Source: an uncultured Rhodobacterales bacterium (GTDB taxonomy: Bacteria; Pseudomonadota; Alphaproteobacteria; Puniceispirillales; Marisalimonadaceae). From it: a stretch of DNA of 64,000 bases. The notes beneath the pieces are model-generated. The model was given only the letters and a program-made list of their open reading frames with translations, was not told the DNA's origin and did not search any database. The translations under genes were made by a program, and so were the position numbers. Numbering within the stretch: the first letter of the stretch is position 1; the number at the start of each line of letters is the position of its first letter. The stretch spans positions 9,820 through 73,819 of the forward strand of contig CAZFKZ010000004.1 of assembly GCA_964519035.1 (NCBI GenBank), read 5' to 3'. Of the stretch, positions 1-10,920 are shown piece after piece.

Positions 1-66
1 TGTACTTCCATGTGGGGTTTTTATAAAATTTGTCATTTAAGATCCTAATAATTTAAGGCATAAAAT

Positions 67-1218
67 ATGATTAAAAATAAATATACTATAGCCCAAATTT
101 TACCAGCTTTAAATACTGGTGGTGTTGAACGAGGAGTTATAGAAGTTTCAAAATCATTAGTGGATAATAATTTTAAATCTATAGTAATTTCCTCAGGTGG
201 ACATATGGAAACTCAGCTTAAAAGAACTGGTTCAATCCATTATACACTTGATGTAAACTCTAAAAATCCCATGAAATGGCGTAAAATTAGGAAAAAACTA
301 AAATTTATTCTAGAAAAAGAAAAAGTAGATTTAATTCATTTTTGTTCTAGAGCGCCAGCATGGATAGGTTTTCCATTAGGGAAAATATTAGATATTCCTG
401 TAATTACTTCTGTGCATATGAGATTTAGGAAATCAAATTACTTTAAAAAAATATATAATAGTATTCTTACTAGAGGTGATGCCATTATTGCAATTTCTAA
501 CCATATAGAAATGAGTATAAAAAGTATTTTTCCAAAAGTTAGTAACAAAATTAAACTAATTCATAGAGGAGTTGACTTAAATTTATTTGACGCAAATAAA
601 ATAAAGCCTGCAAGAATTATTGCTCAATCTAAATTAATAGGTATCAAGGATAGCATCCCTGTTATTGTCATGGCAGCTCGACCAGCACTATGGAAAGGTT
701 ACTTAGTATTATTTGAGGCTTTATCCAAAGTTAAAAACAATTTCCAGTGCGTCTTAATTGGAGCAGCTGACGGCAATCAAAAATTTCAACAGCAATTAAT
801 TAACAGGATTATAAAATTTAATTTAGAAGGTAAAATAAAACTAGTTAAGTCATCAAGGGATATACAAGCAGCTATGATATTGGGTGACATAGTCGTAATG
901 CCTTCAGTGACGCCAGAACCTTTTGGTAGAATTATTGTTGAGGCCCAAGCACTTGGTAAAATACCTATAGCATTTGATCACGGAGGAGCGTCAGAGACTA
1001 TCATAGATGGTAAAACAGGTTTTTTAGCAGAAGCAAATAATGCCTCCAGTTTAGCTGAAAAAATATCATTTGCTTTGTCATTAAAGGATTCTAAAAGACA
1101 AAAAATGGGAGAATATAGTAAAAAATTTGTTTCCAAGAATTTTAGTCATGATAGAATGTGTAATCTTACGATATCTTTATATAAGCAATGTCTTGCTGAA
1201 CATAAAAGAAAAAGTTAA
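67..1218 (+). CDS. Glycosyltransferase, family 4 (GT-B fold, RfaG-like)
   Basis: 383-aa ORF. C-terminal EPFGRIIVEAQALGKIPIAFDHGGASETIIDGKTGFL matches the E-x7-E nucleotide-sugar motif of GT4 enzymes. Confidence 0.8.
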   Translation: MIKNKYTIAQILPALNTGGVERGVIEVSKSLVDNNFKSIVISSGGHMETQLKRTGSIHYTLDVNSKNPMKWRKIRKKLKFILEKEKVDLIHFCSRAPAWIGFPLGKILDIPVITSVHMRFRKSNYFKKIYNSILTRGDAIIAISNHIEMSIKSIFPKVSNKIKLIHRGVDLNLFDANKIKPARIIAQSKLIGIKDSIPVIVMAARPALWKGYLVLFEALSKVKNNFQCVLIGAADGNQKFQQQLINRIIKFNLEGKIKLVKSSRDIQAAMILGDIVVMPSVTPEPFGRIIVEAQALGKIPIAFDHGGASETIIDGKTGFLAEANNASSLAEKISFALSLKDSKRQKMGEYSKKFVSKNFSHDRMCNLTISLYKQCLAEHKRKS

Positions 1219-1259
1219 ATTAGCTAAAGTTAACCTAAATTAAATTAGAATATAAAATA

Positions 1260-3182
1260 ATGTTTATAATTACTCTCCCAAATAATGATACCATAGAATA
1301 TGACAAACCAATCACACCTATGCAAATAGCAACTAAGATTTCAAAAAACTTAGCTTCTGAGGCCTTTGTCTCAATGGTTAATGGAGAGTTATGGGACCTT
1401 GAGCGAATTATTAAAAAAGATAGTAAAGTTTCTATATTAACAAAAAAAAATAATGAAGTACTTGATGTAATTAGGCACGATGCTGCCCATATCATGGCTG
1501 AAGCAGTTTTGGAACTATACCCTGAAACTCAGGTTACAATTGGTCCTTCTATTGAAAATGGGTTTTATTATGATTTTTATAGAGAAAAATCATTTTCTAT
1601 GATTGATTTAGAATTAATTGAAAAAAGAATGCATGAAATAGTTGATAAAGATGAAAAAATTAAGAGAGAGGTTTGGTCGAGAGATGAAGCATTATCTTTT
1701 TTTAAAAAAAATAATGAACAATTTAAAGTTGAATTAGTTAATGCAATTCCTGACGATGAATTGCTTTCATTTTACAGACAAGGCAACTTTGTTGATCTTT
1801 GTAGAGGGCCACATTCTCCTTCTACAAAAAAGGTTGGGCATGCATTTAAATTAACAAAGTTAGCAGGTTCATATTGGAGAGGTGATAGCAATAAACAGGT
1901 TTTACAAAGAATTTATGGCACAGCTTTTTTAAATGAAAAGGATCTTAATAATTATCTTTTAATGATTGAAGAAGCGGAAAAAAGAGATCATAGAAAATTA
2001 GGAAAACAATTAGATCTTTTTCACCTTCAAGAAGAAGCTATTGGATCAGTTTTTTGGCATAAAAAAGGTTGGACTATTTATCTTGCCGTAGAAGCGTATA
2101 TGAGACGAAAATTACAACATTCTAATTATGAGGAAGTTAAAACTCCTCAAATTATTGACAGAGCACTTTGGGAAAAATCAGGTCATTGGGATAAATTCAA
2201 AGAACATATGTTTATGGCTAAAGGAGATGACGAAAAGGTTCTGGCTTTGAAACCAATGAATTGTCCTGGTCACGTTCAAATTTACAAACAAGGATTAAAA
2301 TCTTATAAGGATTTACCTATTAGGATGGCAGAGTTTGGTTCTTGTCACAGAAACGAACCTTCTGGTGCTTTACATGGTATTATGAGGGTAAGGCAGTTCA
2401 CTCAGGATGATGCTCATATATTCTGCACAGATACACAAATAACTTCAGAGTGTGTTATTTTTTGTGAATTATTACAGGAAATTTATAAAGATTTTGGATT
2501 TAAGAACTTAAAAGTAAAATTCTCGGATAGACCCGAAATTCGCGCTGGAGACGATAAAACTTGGGATAAAGCTGAAGAAGCTCTATTGGTTGCTGTTAAA
2601 GCAGCAAAGATAGATTATACTCTTAATCCGGGTGAAGGTGCTTTTTATGGTCCAAAATTAGAATTTGTCCTAACAGATGCAATAGGAAGAGACTGGCAAT
2701 GTGGAACTCTTCAGGTAGATTTTGTACTTCCTGCTCGTTTAGGTGCAACTTATATTGATGAAGTTGGACAAAAAAAAGAACCTGTTATGCTACATAGGGC
2801 TATACTAGGCTCACTAGAGAGGTGGATAGGAATTTTAATAGAACAGTATTCAGGAAGAATGCCTTTATGGTTATCGCCAGTCCAAGTTCAGATATGTTCC
2901 ATTGTAGATGAAACAAATGATTATATCTTTTCAATAAAAGAAAAATTAGATAAAGCTGCAATAAGAAATGAAATTGATATTAGAAATGAAAAAATTGGTT
3001 ATAAAATAAGAGAGCATTCTAATAATGCTATACCAATAATTGTTGTTATTGGTAAAATGGAAAAAGAAAATTCTACTGTCGCCATCAGATATTTAGGATC
3101 TAATAAACAAGAAATTTTGAAATTAAGTGATTTTGTTGAAGGTCTTGTTACAAAATGTTTGCCACCTGATTTAGCTAAATAG
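1260..3182 (+). CDS. thrS: Threonyl-tRNA synthetase
   Basis: 640 aa. N-terminal TGS-like region, [13 protein letters not shown], class II core ([14 protein letters not shown]) and C-terminal anticodon-binding region. Sits at the head of the conserved thrS-infC-rpmI-rplT-pheST cluster. Confidence 0.95.
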   Translation: MFIITLPNNDTIEYDKPITPMQIATKISKNLASEAFVSMVNGELWDLERIIKKDSKVSILTKKNNEVLDVIRHDAAHIMAEAVLELYPETQVTIGPSIENGFYYDFYREKSFSMIDLELIEKRMHEIVDKDEKIKREVWSRDEALSFFKKNNEQFKVELVNAIPDDELLSFYRQGNFVDLCRGPHSPSTKKVGHAFKLTKLAGSYWRGDSNKQVLQRIYGTAFLNEKDLNNYLLMIEEAEKRDHRKLGKQLDLFHLQEEAIGSVFWHKKGWTIYLAVEAYMRRKLQHSNYEEVKTPQIIDRALWEKSGHWDKFKEHMFMAKGDDEKVLALKPMNCPGHVQIYKQGLKSYKDLPIRMAEFGSCHRNEPSGALHGIMRVRQFTQDDAHIFCTDTQITSECVIFCELLQEIYKDFGFKNLKVKFSDRPEIRAGDDKTWDKAEEALLVAVKAAKIDYTLNPGEGAFYGPKLEFVLTDAIGRDWQCGTLQVDFVLPARLGATYIDEVGQKKEPVMLHRAILGSLERWIGILIEQYSGRMPLWLSPVQVQICSIVDETNDYIFSIKEKLDKAAIRNEIDIRNEKIGYKIREHSNNAIPIIVVIGKMEKENSTVAIRYLGSNKQEILKLSDFVEGLVTKCLPPDLAK

Positions 3183-3310
3183 TTAAAATATGATTTGTAT
3201 TTTATATAATTGTAAAATTTTTTAGAGTTTTAAAAAAAAGTTATTAACAAATAAATGTAAATTAGTGTATTAATATTTTCTATTAATAATAACAAACAGG
3301 AGAATTTCAT

Positions 3311-3844
3311 ATAGTAGGTTTAAATAATAGCCCGCCCACACAAGCGGGACCACGAATTAATGAGGCTATTAATGCTGAAAATATAAGATGTATAGGCGCT
3401 GATGGAGAACAATTAGGAGTTCTTTCTTTAAATGAAGCATTAAATGCTGCATTAAGTTTAGGATTGGATCTAGTCGAGATTCAGCCAAATGTAGACCCAC
3501 CAGTTTGTAAAATACTAGATTACGGTAAATATAAGTATGAAGCGCAAAAAAGAAAAAATGAAGCTAAAAAAAAGCAGAAAGTTATAGAAGTAAAAGAAAT
3601 AAAGCTTAGACCAAATATAGATATAAATGATTTTACTATTAAGATGAAACAAGTAAAAAAGTTTATTGATAATGGTGATAAAGTAAAAATAACATTAAGG
3701 TTTAGAGGAAGAGAAATGGCTCATCAAGGCTTGGGTGCAACTGTTCTTGATAGAGTTAAAGAAAATACAGAAGAATTATGTAAAATTGAAGCAATGCCTA
3801 AATTAGAAGGTAGACAAATGGTCATGGTTTTAGCACCTAAGTAA
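3311..3844 (+). CDS. infC: Translation initiation factor IF-3, with inferred non-canonical ATA start
   Basis: The track ATG at 3464 truncates the protein. The frame is open back to 3293 and encodes [32 protein letters not shown], the IF3 N-domain. AGGAGA at 3298-3303 is followed 7 nt later by ATA at 3311. There is no in-frame ATG/GTG/TTG upstream of 3464. C-domain [16 protein letters not shown] is typical. Confidence 0.85.
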   Translation: MVGLNNSPPTQAGPRINEAINAENIRCIGADGEQLGVLSLNEALNAALSLGLDLVEIQPNVDPPVCKILDYGKYKYEAQKRKNEAKKKQKVIEVKEIKLRPNIDINDFTIKMKQVKKFIDNGDKVKITLRFRGREMAHQGLGATVLDRVKENTEELCKIEAMPKLEGRQMVMVLAPK

Positions 3845-3948
3845 ATATACCACTAATTTTAGTGAAATATAGTTTTTTGGTGTTGAAAAATTGTCAATGG
3901 TTATGTATAAGCTTTTTAACAAATACTTATTAATTAGAAGAGATAGAA

Positions 3949-4146
3949 ATGCCTAAGTTAAAAACTAAAAGTGGTGCAAAAAAACGTTTTAGTCTTACCG
4001 CAAAAGGAAAAGTTAAGGGTAGCCCCGCTTTCTTAAGTCATAACCTGCGTAAACGATCTCAAAAAATGAAAAGACAAGCACGTGGAACAATGATATTAAG
4101 TGATTGTGATGCTAGAATAGTTAAGCAATTTATCCCATACGCCTAA
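3949..4146 (+). CDS. rpmI: 50S ribosomal protein L35
   Basis: 65 aa beginning [14 protein letters not shown]; positioned between infC and rplT. Confidence 0.95.
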   Translation: MPKLKTKSGAKKRFSLTAKGKVKGSPAFLSHNLRKRSQKMKRQARGTMILSDCDARIVKQFIPYA

Positions 4147-4163
4147 ATTAAGGAGACATTAAA

Positions 4164-4520
4164 GTGGCTAGAGTAAAAAGAGGTGTAACAACCCATGCTA
4201 GGCATCAAAAAGTTATTAAAGCCGCTAAAGGTTACTATGGTGCTCGTAAAAATATATTTACTGTTGCTACTCAAGCTGTAGAAAAAGCTAGCCAATATTC
4301 TTACAGGGATAGAAGAAACAAAAAACGTACATTCAGAGGTCTTTGGATTCAAAGAATAAATGCTGGTTCACGTTTGTACGGTTTAACCTACTCTAGATTT
4401 ATGAATGGATTAAAACTTGCAGGAATTGAGGTTGATAGAAAAATACTAGCTGATATTGCTGTATACGACCCTTCAGCATTTGAAGGGTTAGTTTCTAAAG
4501 CAAAAGCTGCTACCGTTTAA
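4164..4520 (+). CDS. rplT: 50S ribosomal protein L20
   Basis: 118 aa beginning [22 protein letters not shown] start preceded by AAGGAGA. Confidence 0.95.
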   Translation: MARVKRGVTTHARHQKVIKAAKGYYGARKNIFTVATQAVEKASQYSYRDRRNKKRTFRGLWIQRINAGSRLYGLTYSRFMNGLKLAGIEVDRKILADIAVYDPSAFEGLVSKAKAATV

Positions 4521-4586
4521 GTCTGATAGTTTAAATCTTTATCGCTATTATGATATTATTGTCAATTTTCAGGTTTTAAATTTCTT

Positions 4587-5702
4587 ATGGTTGATCAATT
4601 ACAAGAAAAATTAATAAAGTTATCAGATGAAATTAGAGAGTTAATTTCAAAAGCTTCAGATTTAAAATCATTAGATGAAATTAGAATCAATAGTCTTGGA
4701 AAAAAAGGTTCTATAACCTCTCATTTAAAAAATTTAAGAGATTATGACAATGATTCTAAAATACAAATTGGATCTCTTGTAAATAAAATCAAAACAAATA
4801 TTAATGATTTAATTGAAAATAAAATTTTATCTTTTAAAAAAGATATTTTAGACCAAAGAATTAAAAATGATAAAATTGATGTTACTCTTACATCTCAAGA
4901 TAGAGATTTAGGTACTTTACATCCCTTATCAAGAACTATAGATGAGTTATCAGCTATTTTCGCAGATATGGGATTTTCTATAGTAGATGGTCCTGATATT
5001 GAAACAGATTATTACAACTTTACTGCATTGAATATTCCTCAAGAACATCCTGCGAGGCAAGAGCATGACACATTTTACTTAAAGCCAGATGAAGAGGGTA
5101 AGAGAAAAGTTTTAAGAACTCACACTAGTCCAGTTCAAATAAGAACAATGGAAAAACTCAAACTTAATGAATTTGACGAAATTAGATACATAATACCCGG
5201 AAGAACTTATAGGTCTGATCATGACGCAACCCATTCACCAATGTTTCACCAGTGTGAAGGTTTAGTGTTGGGTAAAAATATTAATATGGGCCACCTAAAA
5301 GGTTGTTTGATTGAATTTTGTCGTTCTTACTTTAATGAAAATGATTTACCTGTTCGCTTTAGACCAAGTTATTTTCCTTTTACAGAACCTTCAGCAGAAG
5401 TTGATATAGGTTGCAGAAAAGAAAAAGATGGCAGTTTATCAATAGGTGAAGGTGAAGACTGGTTAGAAATTCTAGGTTCTGGAATGGTTCACCCTCGCGT
5501 TTTACAAGGAGTTGGAATTGATCCTAATATTTATCAAGGATTTGCTTTTGGCATGGGGTTAGAAAGATTAACAATGTTAAAATATGGAATTCCAGATTTA
5601 AGACCATTTTATGATAGTGATTTAAGATGGTTAAAGCATTACGGTTTTATACCTGTTGATAATCCTAGTTTACATTCAGGCTTAAATGGAATTTTTTCAT
5701 GA
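4587..5702 (+). CDS. pheS: Phenylalanyl-tRNA synthetase alpha subunit
   Basis: 371 aa with ALNIPQEHPARQEHDTFY and FRPSYFPFTEPS class II motifs. ATGA overlap with pheT. Confidence 0.95.
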   Translation: MVDQLQEKLIKLSDEIRELISKASDLKSLDEIRINSLGKKGSITSHLKNLRDYDNDSKIQIGSLVNKIKTNINDLIENKILSFKKDILDQRIKNDKIDVTLTSQDRDLGTLHPLSRTIDELSAIFADMGFSIVDGPDIETDYYNFTALNIPQEHPARQEHDTFYLKPDEEGKRKVLRTHTSPVQIRTMEKLKLNEFDEIRYIIPGRTYRSDHDATHSPMFHQCEGLVLGKNINMGHLKGCLIEFCRSYFNENDLPVRFRPSYFPFTEPSAEVDIGCRKEKDGSLSIGEGEDWLEILGSGMVHPRVLQGVGIDPNIYQGFAFGMGLERLTMLKYGIPDLRPFYDSDLRWLKHYGFIPVDNPSLHSGLNGIFS

Positions 5703-8104
5703 AAATAACATGGAATTGGTTATGTGATCATTTAGACACTAAAGCTAATATTGATCAAATAGTAGATATTTTGCCTAAACTAGGTCTTGAAGTTGCATCT
5801 GTGTTTGATATTGCAGATCAACTTAAAGATTTTATTTCAGTCAAAGTAATAGAGGTAAATAAGCATCCAAATGCTGATAAGCTAAATATTTGCAAAGTTT
5901 TTGACGGGAATCAAAATATCCAAGTTATTTGTGGAGCTCATAATGTTAAATTGGGAATGGTAGGTGTATTTGCAAATATTAATACATATGTTCCAGGCTT
6001 AGATTTAACTTTGAAAAAAGGTAATATCCGGGGAGAAGAATCCAATGGTATGTTGTGCTCCGAAAAAGAGCTAACTATATCAAATAACCATGAAGGTATT
6101 ATAGAGTTACCTCAAGATACTAAACCAGGTATAAAAGTGGTTGATATACTTAATTTAAATGATCCTGTAATTGAAATTGAAATAACACCTAATAGGGGTG
6201 ATTGCCTAAGTGTTAGAGGCATTGCTAGAGACCTTGCTGCAACTGGTATTGGTAAATTAAAAAAACTAAATATTATAGAAGTTCAAGGTGAACATGAGAG
6301 TTTGATTAAATGGAAAGTGGACTTAAATCAAGATGATAACTATCTCTGTCCAAAAATTTTTGGTAGATCTTTTAAAAACTTAAATAATAATAATCAATCA
6401 CCTTTATGGATGCAAAACAGGCTTTTAGCTGTTGAGCAAAGACCTATATCGTCTTTAGTTGATATAACCAACTATATTATGATTGATATAGGTAGACCAT
6501 TGCATGCATATGATATTGATAAAATAGATGGTAAATACCTTACTGTTAGAAAATCAAAACTTGGAGATAAATTTAAAGCTTTAAATGGCAAATCTTATGA
6601 TTTAGATAATGAAATGCTAGTTATAGCCGATCAACAAGGGATTGATGATTTAGCTGGGATTATGGGTGGAGAAAGAACTGGTGTAAGTGAAAACACTACT
6701 AATATGTTCCTTGAAGCTGCTATTTTTGATCCTATCTCTGTTGCACAAACAGGAAGGAAATTAAATATAAATAGTGATGCACGTTATAGATTTGAAAGAG
6801 GTATAGATTACGAATCACCTGAATCAGTTATGCACTATGCTGCTGAAATGGTTCAAAAAATGTGTGGCGGAACAATAAGTAAAATTGTTTCGCATGAAAA
6901 AGATCATAAAAATCAAATAATACATTTTAATACTGATAAAATATTAAAATTAAGTGGTGTTGTTGTTGAAAAAAAACACGCATTAAATATTTTAGAAGTT
7001 TTAGGCTTTGTTGTGTCTAAAGTTAAAGATGATTGGAAGATAACTGTTCCTTCATGGAGATCGGATATTGATGGTGAAGCTGATATTGTTGAAGAAATAA
7101 TAAGAGTTAATGGGTATTCATTAATACCAACGATTTCTTTACCTAGAAACAATTATATTGCAAAGCCTGCATTAAAATCTAAACATCGCCAAGTTTTTTT
7201 TGCTTCAAGAATACTTGCTAGCAGGGGTTACAATGAGGTAATTACATTTTCATTTTTAAATGCAGTTATGGCAGAACAGTTTAATGGAGGTCTTGACTCA
7301 TTAAAATTAGTCAATCCAATTTCTTCAGAGCTAACAGATATGAGGCCTTCTATTCTTCCTAACTTAATACAAGCAGCTCAAAAAAATGTAAATAAAGGAA
7401 TAGAGGATATATCCTTATTTGAGGCGGGCCCAATTTTTCTTGGTGATAATCCTAAGGATCAATTAAATTCTATTTCAGGGATTCGTTTAGGAAATAGAAT
7501 TAAACGTGATTGGAAAAATTCATCAGAATACTTTGATTTCTATGATATTAAATCTGATGTATTAGAAACTTTACATAGTATTGGAGTTCCTAATAACAGT
7601 CTTAAAATTTACTCAGATACTCCAAGTTATTTCCATCCTGGAAGAAGTGCCACATTTAAAATTGGACCTAACCTTATTGCTAATTTTGGAGAAATACACC
7701 CAGAATTAAATGATTTCTATGGTTTTAGATTACCTATAATGGGATTTGAAATTTTTCCAGAAAATATTCCTATTCCTAGAAAAAACAAGACAGCTAGAAC
7801 AATGTTGAACATCGCATCTCTACAACCAGTAACTCGAGAGTTTGCTTTTATTTTAGATGCTTTAATAGAAACTGAAAAATTAATTCAAGTAGCTAAGTCA
7901 GTTGATAAAAAACTAATATCTGATATAATTATATATGATATTTATAAGGGTGAAAGAATTCCTTTAGGTAAAAAATCTGTTGCGATGAAGGTTGTAATCC
8001 AACCAGATAAAGAAACCCTTACTGACAAAAATTTAGAACAAATAAGCTCTGACATAATAAAAATTGTAAATGAAAAACTGTCAGGAGTTTTAAGAGAAAC
8101 ATAA
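5699..8104 (+). CDS. pheT: Phenylalanyl-tRNA synthetase beta subunit
   Basis: 801 aa with an N-terminal tRNA-binding domain (HPNADKLNICKVFDG), B3/4 and B5 regions and a C-terminal FDX-ACB-like domain. Confidence 0.95.
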   Translation: MKITWNWLCDHLDTKANIDQIVDILPKLGLEVASVFDIADQLKDFISVKVIEVNKHPNADKLNICKVFDGNQNIQVICGAHNVKLGMVGVFANINTYVPGLDLTLKKGNIRGEESNGMLCSEKELTISNNHEGIIELPQDTKPGIKVVDILNLNDPVIEIEITPNRGDCLSVRGIARDLAATGIGKLKKLNIIEVQGEHESLIKWKVDLNQDDNYLCPKIFGRSFKNLNNNNQSPLWMQNRLLAVEQRPISSLVDITNYIMIDIGRPLHAYDIDKIDGKYLTVRKSKLGDKFKALNGKSYDLDNEMLVIADQQGIDDLAGIMGGERTGVSENTTNMFLEAAIFDPISVAQTGRKLNINSDARYRFERGIDYESPESVMHYAAEMVQKMCGGTISKIVSHEKDHKNQIIHFNTDKILKLSGVVVEKKHALNILEVLGFVVSKVKDDWKITVPSWRSDIDGEADIVEEIIRVNGYSLIPTISLPRNNYIAKPALKSKHRQVFFASRILASRGYNEVITFSFLNAVMAEQFNGGLDSLKLVNPISSELTDMRPSILPNLIQAAQKNVNKGIEDISLFEAGPIFLGDNPKDQLNSISGIRLGNRIKRDWKNSSEYFDFYDIKSDVLETLHSIGVPNNSLKIYSDTPSYFHPGRSATFKIGPNLIANFGEIHPELNDFYGFRLPIMGFEIFPENIPIPRKNKTARTMLNIASLQPVTREFAFILDALIETEKLIQVAKSVDKKLISDIIIYDIYKGERIPLGKKSVAMKVVIQPDKETLTDKNLEQISSDIIKIVNEKLSGVLRET

Positions 8105-8130
8105 CTTTAATAATGTAATTTAGATTAAAG

Positions 8131-8206
8131 TGGTGCCGTCAACTGGATTTGAACCAGTGACCTCGTCATTACCAATGACGCGCTCTACCGCTGGAGCTAT
8201 GACGGC
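8131..8206 (-). tRNA. tRNA-Thr (anticodon GGU), CCA encoded
   Basis: The reverse complement folds as a cloverleaf: acceptor GCCGTCA/TGACGGC, D stem GCTC/GAGC, anticodon stem CGTCA/TGACG with loop TTGGTAA, T stem ACTGG/CCAGT, then A-CCA. Confidence 0.9.
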
Positions 8207-8323
8207 TTAATTATTGTACCCACAATTTAATTAACTTTTTGTGTATGACAAGTTTTAATTTTAGTATATTTTGATAAATCTAAGTTTACTTGTCTCGATT
8301 AGAATAGATAATGGAAGTTTAAT

Positions 8324-8488
8324 ATGATAAATAAAGATATAAAATCAAACGCTTTATCTGCTTCATTGAAGAATAACTTAAAATTACGAAAAAAACAAAT
8401 TTCTGAAAGAGATAAGAATGAAATTATTGGTAAACGTTTATCAAAAATTGGAGTATCAAGGCTTGAAACCAAAGATCAAAACAAATAG
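8324..8488 (+). CDS. Small basic hypothetical protein (54 aa), below the ORF-track cutoff
   Basis: ATG..TAG ORF MINKDIKSNALSASLKNNLKLRKKQISERDKNEIIGKRLSKIGVSRLETKDQNK fills the gap between tRNA-Thr and murA. No family recognised. Confidence 0.3.
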   Translation: MINKDIKSNALSASLKNNLKLRKKQISERDKNEIIGKRLSKIGVSRLETKDQNK

Positions 8489-8497
8489 TTATATTTT

Positions 8498-9781
8498 TTG
8501 GATATGAATTCTTACTCAACTCAAAATTATGAAAAGCTTTATATAACTGGTGAACAACCTCTTAAAGGACATATTAAAATAAGTGGTGCTAAAAATGCTG
8601 CATTACCTTTAATGGCATCGTCTTTGATCTTTAATACTGAATTTACACTTTCTAATGTTCCAGACTTAGCTGATACAAGGATAATGTCTAAATTACTAGT
8701 TGATTTAGGAATTAATGTAACAAACAAATTTGACAAAGTCATTTTTAATGGATCACCAAAAAGTAATGAAGCTTCTTATGATCTTGTGAGGCAAATGAGA
8801 GCATCAATTCTAATATTAGGTCCTTTGTTAGTTGCAAGAGGTTCCGCTCGTGTTCCCCTTCCAGGAGGATGTATGATCGGAACAAGACCGATTGATCTGC
8901 ATATACTCGTAATGGAAGCGCTCGGTGCTATTGTAACTTATGATTCTGGGTTTATTGTTGCATCCATAGGCACTGAAGGATTAAAAGGTGGGTTAATTGA
9001 TTTTCCTAAAGTATCTGTGGGCGCTACTGAAAGTGCAATAATGACTTCTGTTTTAGCTAAAGGCACAACTACTATACTAAATGCTGCTCAAGAGCCCGAA
9101 GTGGTTGATTTAGCAAAATGTTTAATTTCTGCTGGAGCAAAAATTAAAGGAGTTGGTACTAATGAAATTATTATAAATGGTATCAATGAACTTAATTCAG
9201 TTCATCATGAAATAGTCCCAGATAGAATAGAAGCTGGCTCTTTTGCTATAGCTGGATGTATGGTTGATAGTGACATAGTAATAAATGATATGAGACCAAG
9301 CGATTTAGAATTATTTTTAGAAAAATTAAAACAGACAGGAAGTGAAGTTGAAATAAGTAAAAGCTCCATATATATCAAATCATCAAAAAGACCAAAACCA
9401 GTTAATATAACAACTGAAGTTTACCCAGGATTTCCAACTGATTTACAAGCACAATTTATGGCATTGATGTCAATTGCCGATGGTAATGCTTTTATTAAGG
9501 AAACTATATTTGAAAATAGATTTATGCATGTTCCTGAGCTTTTACGAATGGGAGCAAATATTTCTCTTAATAATCAAACAGCAAATATCAAAGGTGTAAA
9601 AAGCTTGAAAGCTTCTAGAGTTATGGCTTCAGATCTGCGTGCTTCTATGTCGTTAATTTTAGCGGCCTTGGCTAGTGTTGGAACTAGTGAGATTGATGGA
9701 ATACACCATTTAGATAGAGGTTACGAGAAAATAGAAGATAAATTATCAAATATTGGAGCTGATATAAGAAGGTCAAAGTAA
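8498..9781 (+). CDS. murA: UDP-N-acetylglucosamine 1-carboxyvinyltransferase
   Basis: 427 aa with ISGAKNAALPLM, the active-site Cys loop LPGGCMIGTRPIDLH, and HLDRGYE near the C-terminus. The start may be ATG at 8504 rather than TTG at 8498. Confidence 0.95.
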   Translation: MDMNSYSTQNYEKLYITGEQPLKGHIKISGAKNAALPLMASSLIFNTEFTLSNVPDLADTRIMSKLLVDLGINVTNKFDKVIFNGSPKSNEASYDLVRQMRASILILGPLLVARGSARVPLPGGCMIGTRPIDLHILVMEALGAIVTYDSGFIVASIGTEGLKGGLIDFPKVSVGATESAIMTSVLAKGTTTILNAAQEPEVVDLAKCLISAGAKIKGVGTNEIIINGINELNSVHHEIVPDRIEAGSFAIAGCMVDSDIVINDMRPSDLELFLEKLKQTGSEVEISKSSIYIKSSKRPKPVNITTEVYPGFPTDLQAQFMALMSIADGNAFIKETIFENRFMHVPELLRMGANISLNNQTANIKGVKSLKASRVMASDLRASMSLILAALASVGTSEIDGIHHLDRGYEKIEDKLSNIGADIRRSK

Positions 9782-9812
9782 ATTTTGATTTTGATTTGTG
9801 GGTTAAAAGTTA

Positions 9813-10244
9813 ATGGATTATGAAAAAAAAATTAAATTAATAGCTAAAAATAATGAAGATTTAGAAATATTCTCTCAGCTTTGTCAAGATGCTATTCTAT
9901 CAAAAGATGAACTATTTTATGATGAAAAAGCCAAGATTATCTTTCTAACTTTTTCTAGGTATTGTTGGGAAAAAACAGAGTTAAATAATTCTAAAGTTAA
10001 CTTTAGAGTAATTTCAGGTTTGCAAATTAAAAATGTACAAAAAGTTCAATATATAAATTTCAAAGATACTTCAGAAACTAATTTTTTGAATTTATTAGCT
10101 GTTTCATATGAAAATAAAAAAATAAGGTTTTATTTCTCATCATTAGTAGAAATTATATTAACTGTAAATGATATATTTGCTATTTTAGAGGATATAGATA
10201 TACCTTGGCCAACTAAATTAAACCCTATACATAACTTTGATTAA
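9813..10244 (+). CDS. Conserved hypothetical protein, possibly the DUF2948-type protein found between murA and his genes in alphaproteobacteria
   Basis: 143-aa ORF in a tight co-directional array. The family assignment rests only on remembered synteny. Confidence 0.55.
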   Translation: MDYEKKIKLIAKNNEDLEIFSQLCQDAILSKDELFYDEKAKIIFLTFSRYCWEKTELNNSKVNFRVISGLQIKNVQKVQYINFKDTSETNFLNLLAVSYENKKIRFYFSSLVEIILTVNDIFAILEDIDIPWPTKLNPIHNFD

Positions 10245-10260
10245 ACTATGGTAACAAGAT

Positions 10261-10920
10261 ATGTCTAACAATAATGCTTTTACAATTGCTTTACCAAAAG
10301 GGAGAATTTTGGATGTTGTTCTTCCAATGCTATCAAAAATTGGAATAGAACCTGAAGAATCTTTTTTTGACACAAAAATAAGAAAACTCAAATTCAAATC
10401 AAACATCCAGAATATTGATATAATTAGGGTACGTTCTTTTGATGTAGTTACATTTTTAGCATATGGAGCTGCTCAGATGGCTTTTGTTGGAAGTGACGTA
10501 TTAAGTGAATTTAATCATTCAGAAGTTTACTCACCGTACGATCTTAATTTAGGTAAATGCAGAATGGTCGTAGCTGCTGAAAAAGAAATGTTAAAAAATG
10601 AAGATCCAAGAACATGGAGTCATGTTCGTGTAGCTACAAAATATCCCAATATAACACGCAAACATTTTGAATCCAGAGGAGTACACGCTGAGTGTATAAA
10701 GTTAAATGGCGCAATGGAATTAGCTCCATCAATGGGTTTATGCAAAAGAATAGTAGATTTAGTTGAAACAGGTTCTACATTAAATGCTAATGGTTTAGTT
10801 GAGGTTGAAGAAATTTGTAAAGTTTCAACTAGGTTAGCTATAAATAGAAGTTTCTTAAAAACAAGTTCATCTTCAATTCAGCCATGGATTGATAGAGTAG
10901 GTTTAATATTAGATGATTAA
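10261..10920 (+). CDS. hisG: ATP phosphoribosyltransferase, short (HisZ-dependent) form
   Basis: 219 aa with N-terminal IALPKGRIL and DLVETGSTLNANGL motifs. Lacks the C-terminal regulatory domain. Confidence 0.9.
   Translation: MSNNNAFTIALPKGRILDVVLPMLSKIGIEPEESFFDTKIRKLKFKSNIQNIDIIRVRSFDVVTFLAYGAAQMAFVGSDVLSEFNHSEVYSPYDLNLGKCRMVVAAEKEMLKNEDPRTWSHVRVATKYPNITRKHFESRGVHAECIKLNGAMELAPSMGLCKRIVDLVETGSTLNANGLVEVEEICKVSTRLAINRSFLKTSSSSIQPWIDRVGLILDD

Noticed and set aside
1219-1259. thrS operator/leader or pheST attenuator, as in E. coli (also 4521-4586).
   Set aside because: The spacers are only 41 and 66 nt, with no tRNA-like stem-loops, leader peptide or terminator/antiterminator alternatives.
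1235-1495. Antisense or shadow ORFs in the six-frame track. This one is an example; others are 4143-4352, 6913-7152, 8539-8742, 10218-10406, 12561-12908, 16122-16588, 16915-17382, 20667-21256, 24753-25133, 27614-28470, 28694-29083, 30302-30649, 32028-32375, 33099-33287, 34405-34614, 36191-36466, 37425-37723, 38590-39456, 40150-42630, 45314-45520, 47471-48046, 48685-48867, 49651-49842, 50845-51374, 54367-54561, 55077-55295, 56282-56497, 62065-62283 and 62767-62961.
   Set aside because: Each is embedded opposite or out of frame within a gene that has strong family motifs. Their products are low-complexity or hydrophobic junk typical of AT-rich shadow frames, and none has a convincing ribosome-binding site.
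3464-3844. ATG at 3464 as the infC start, as given in the ORF track.
   Set aside because: It would remove the conserved IF3 N-terminal domain, which is clearly encoded in frame upstream. The ATA at 3311 behind AGGAGA fits better.
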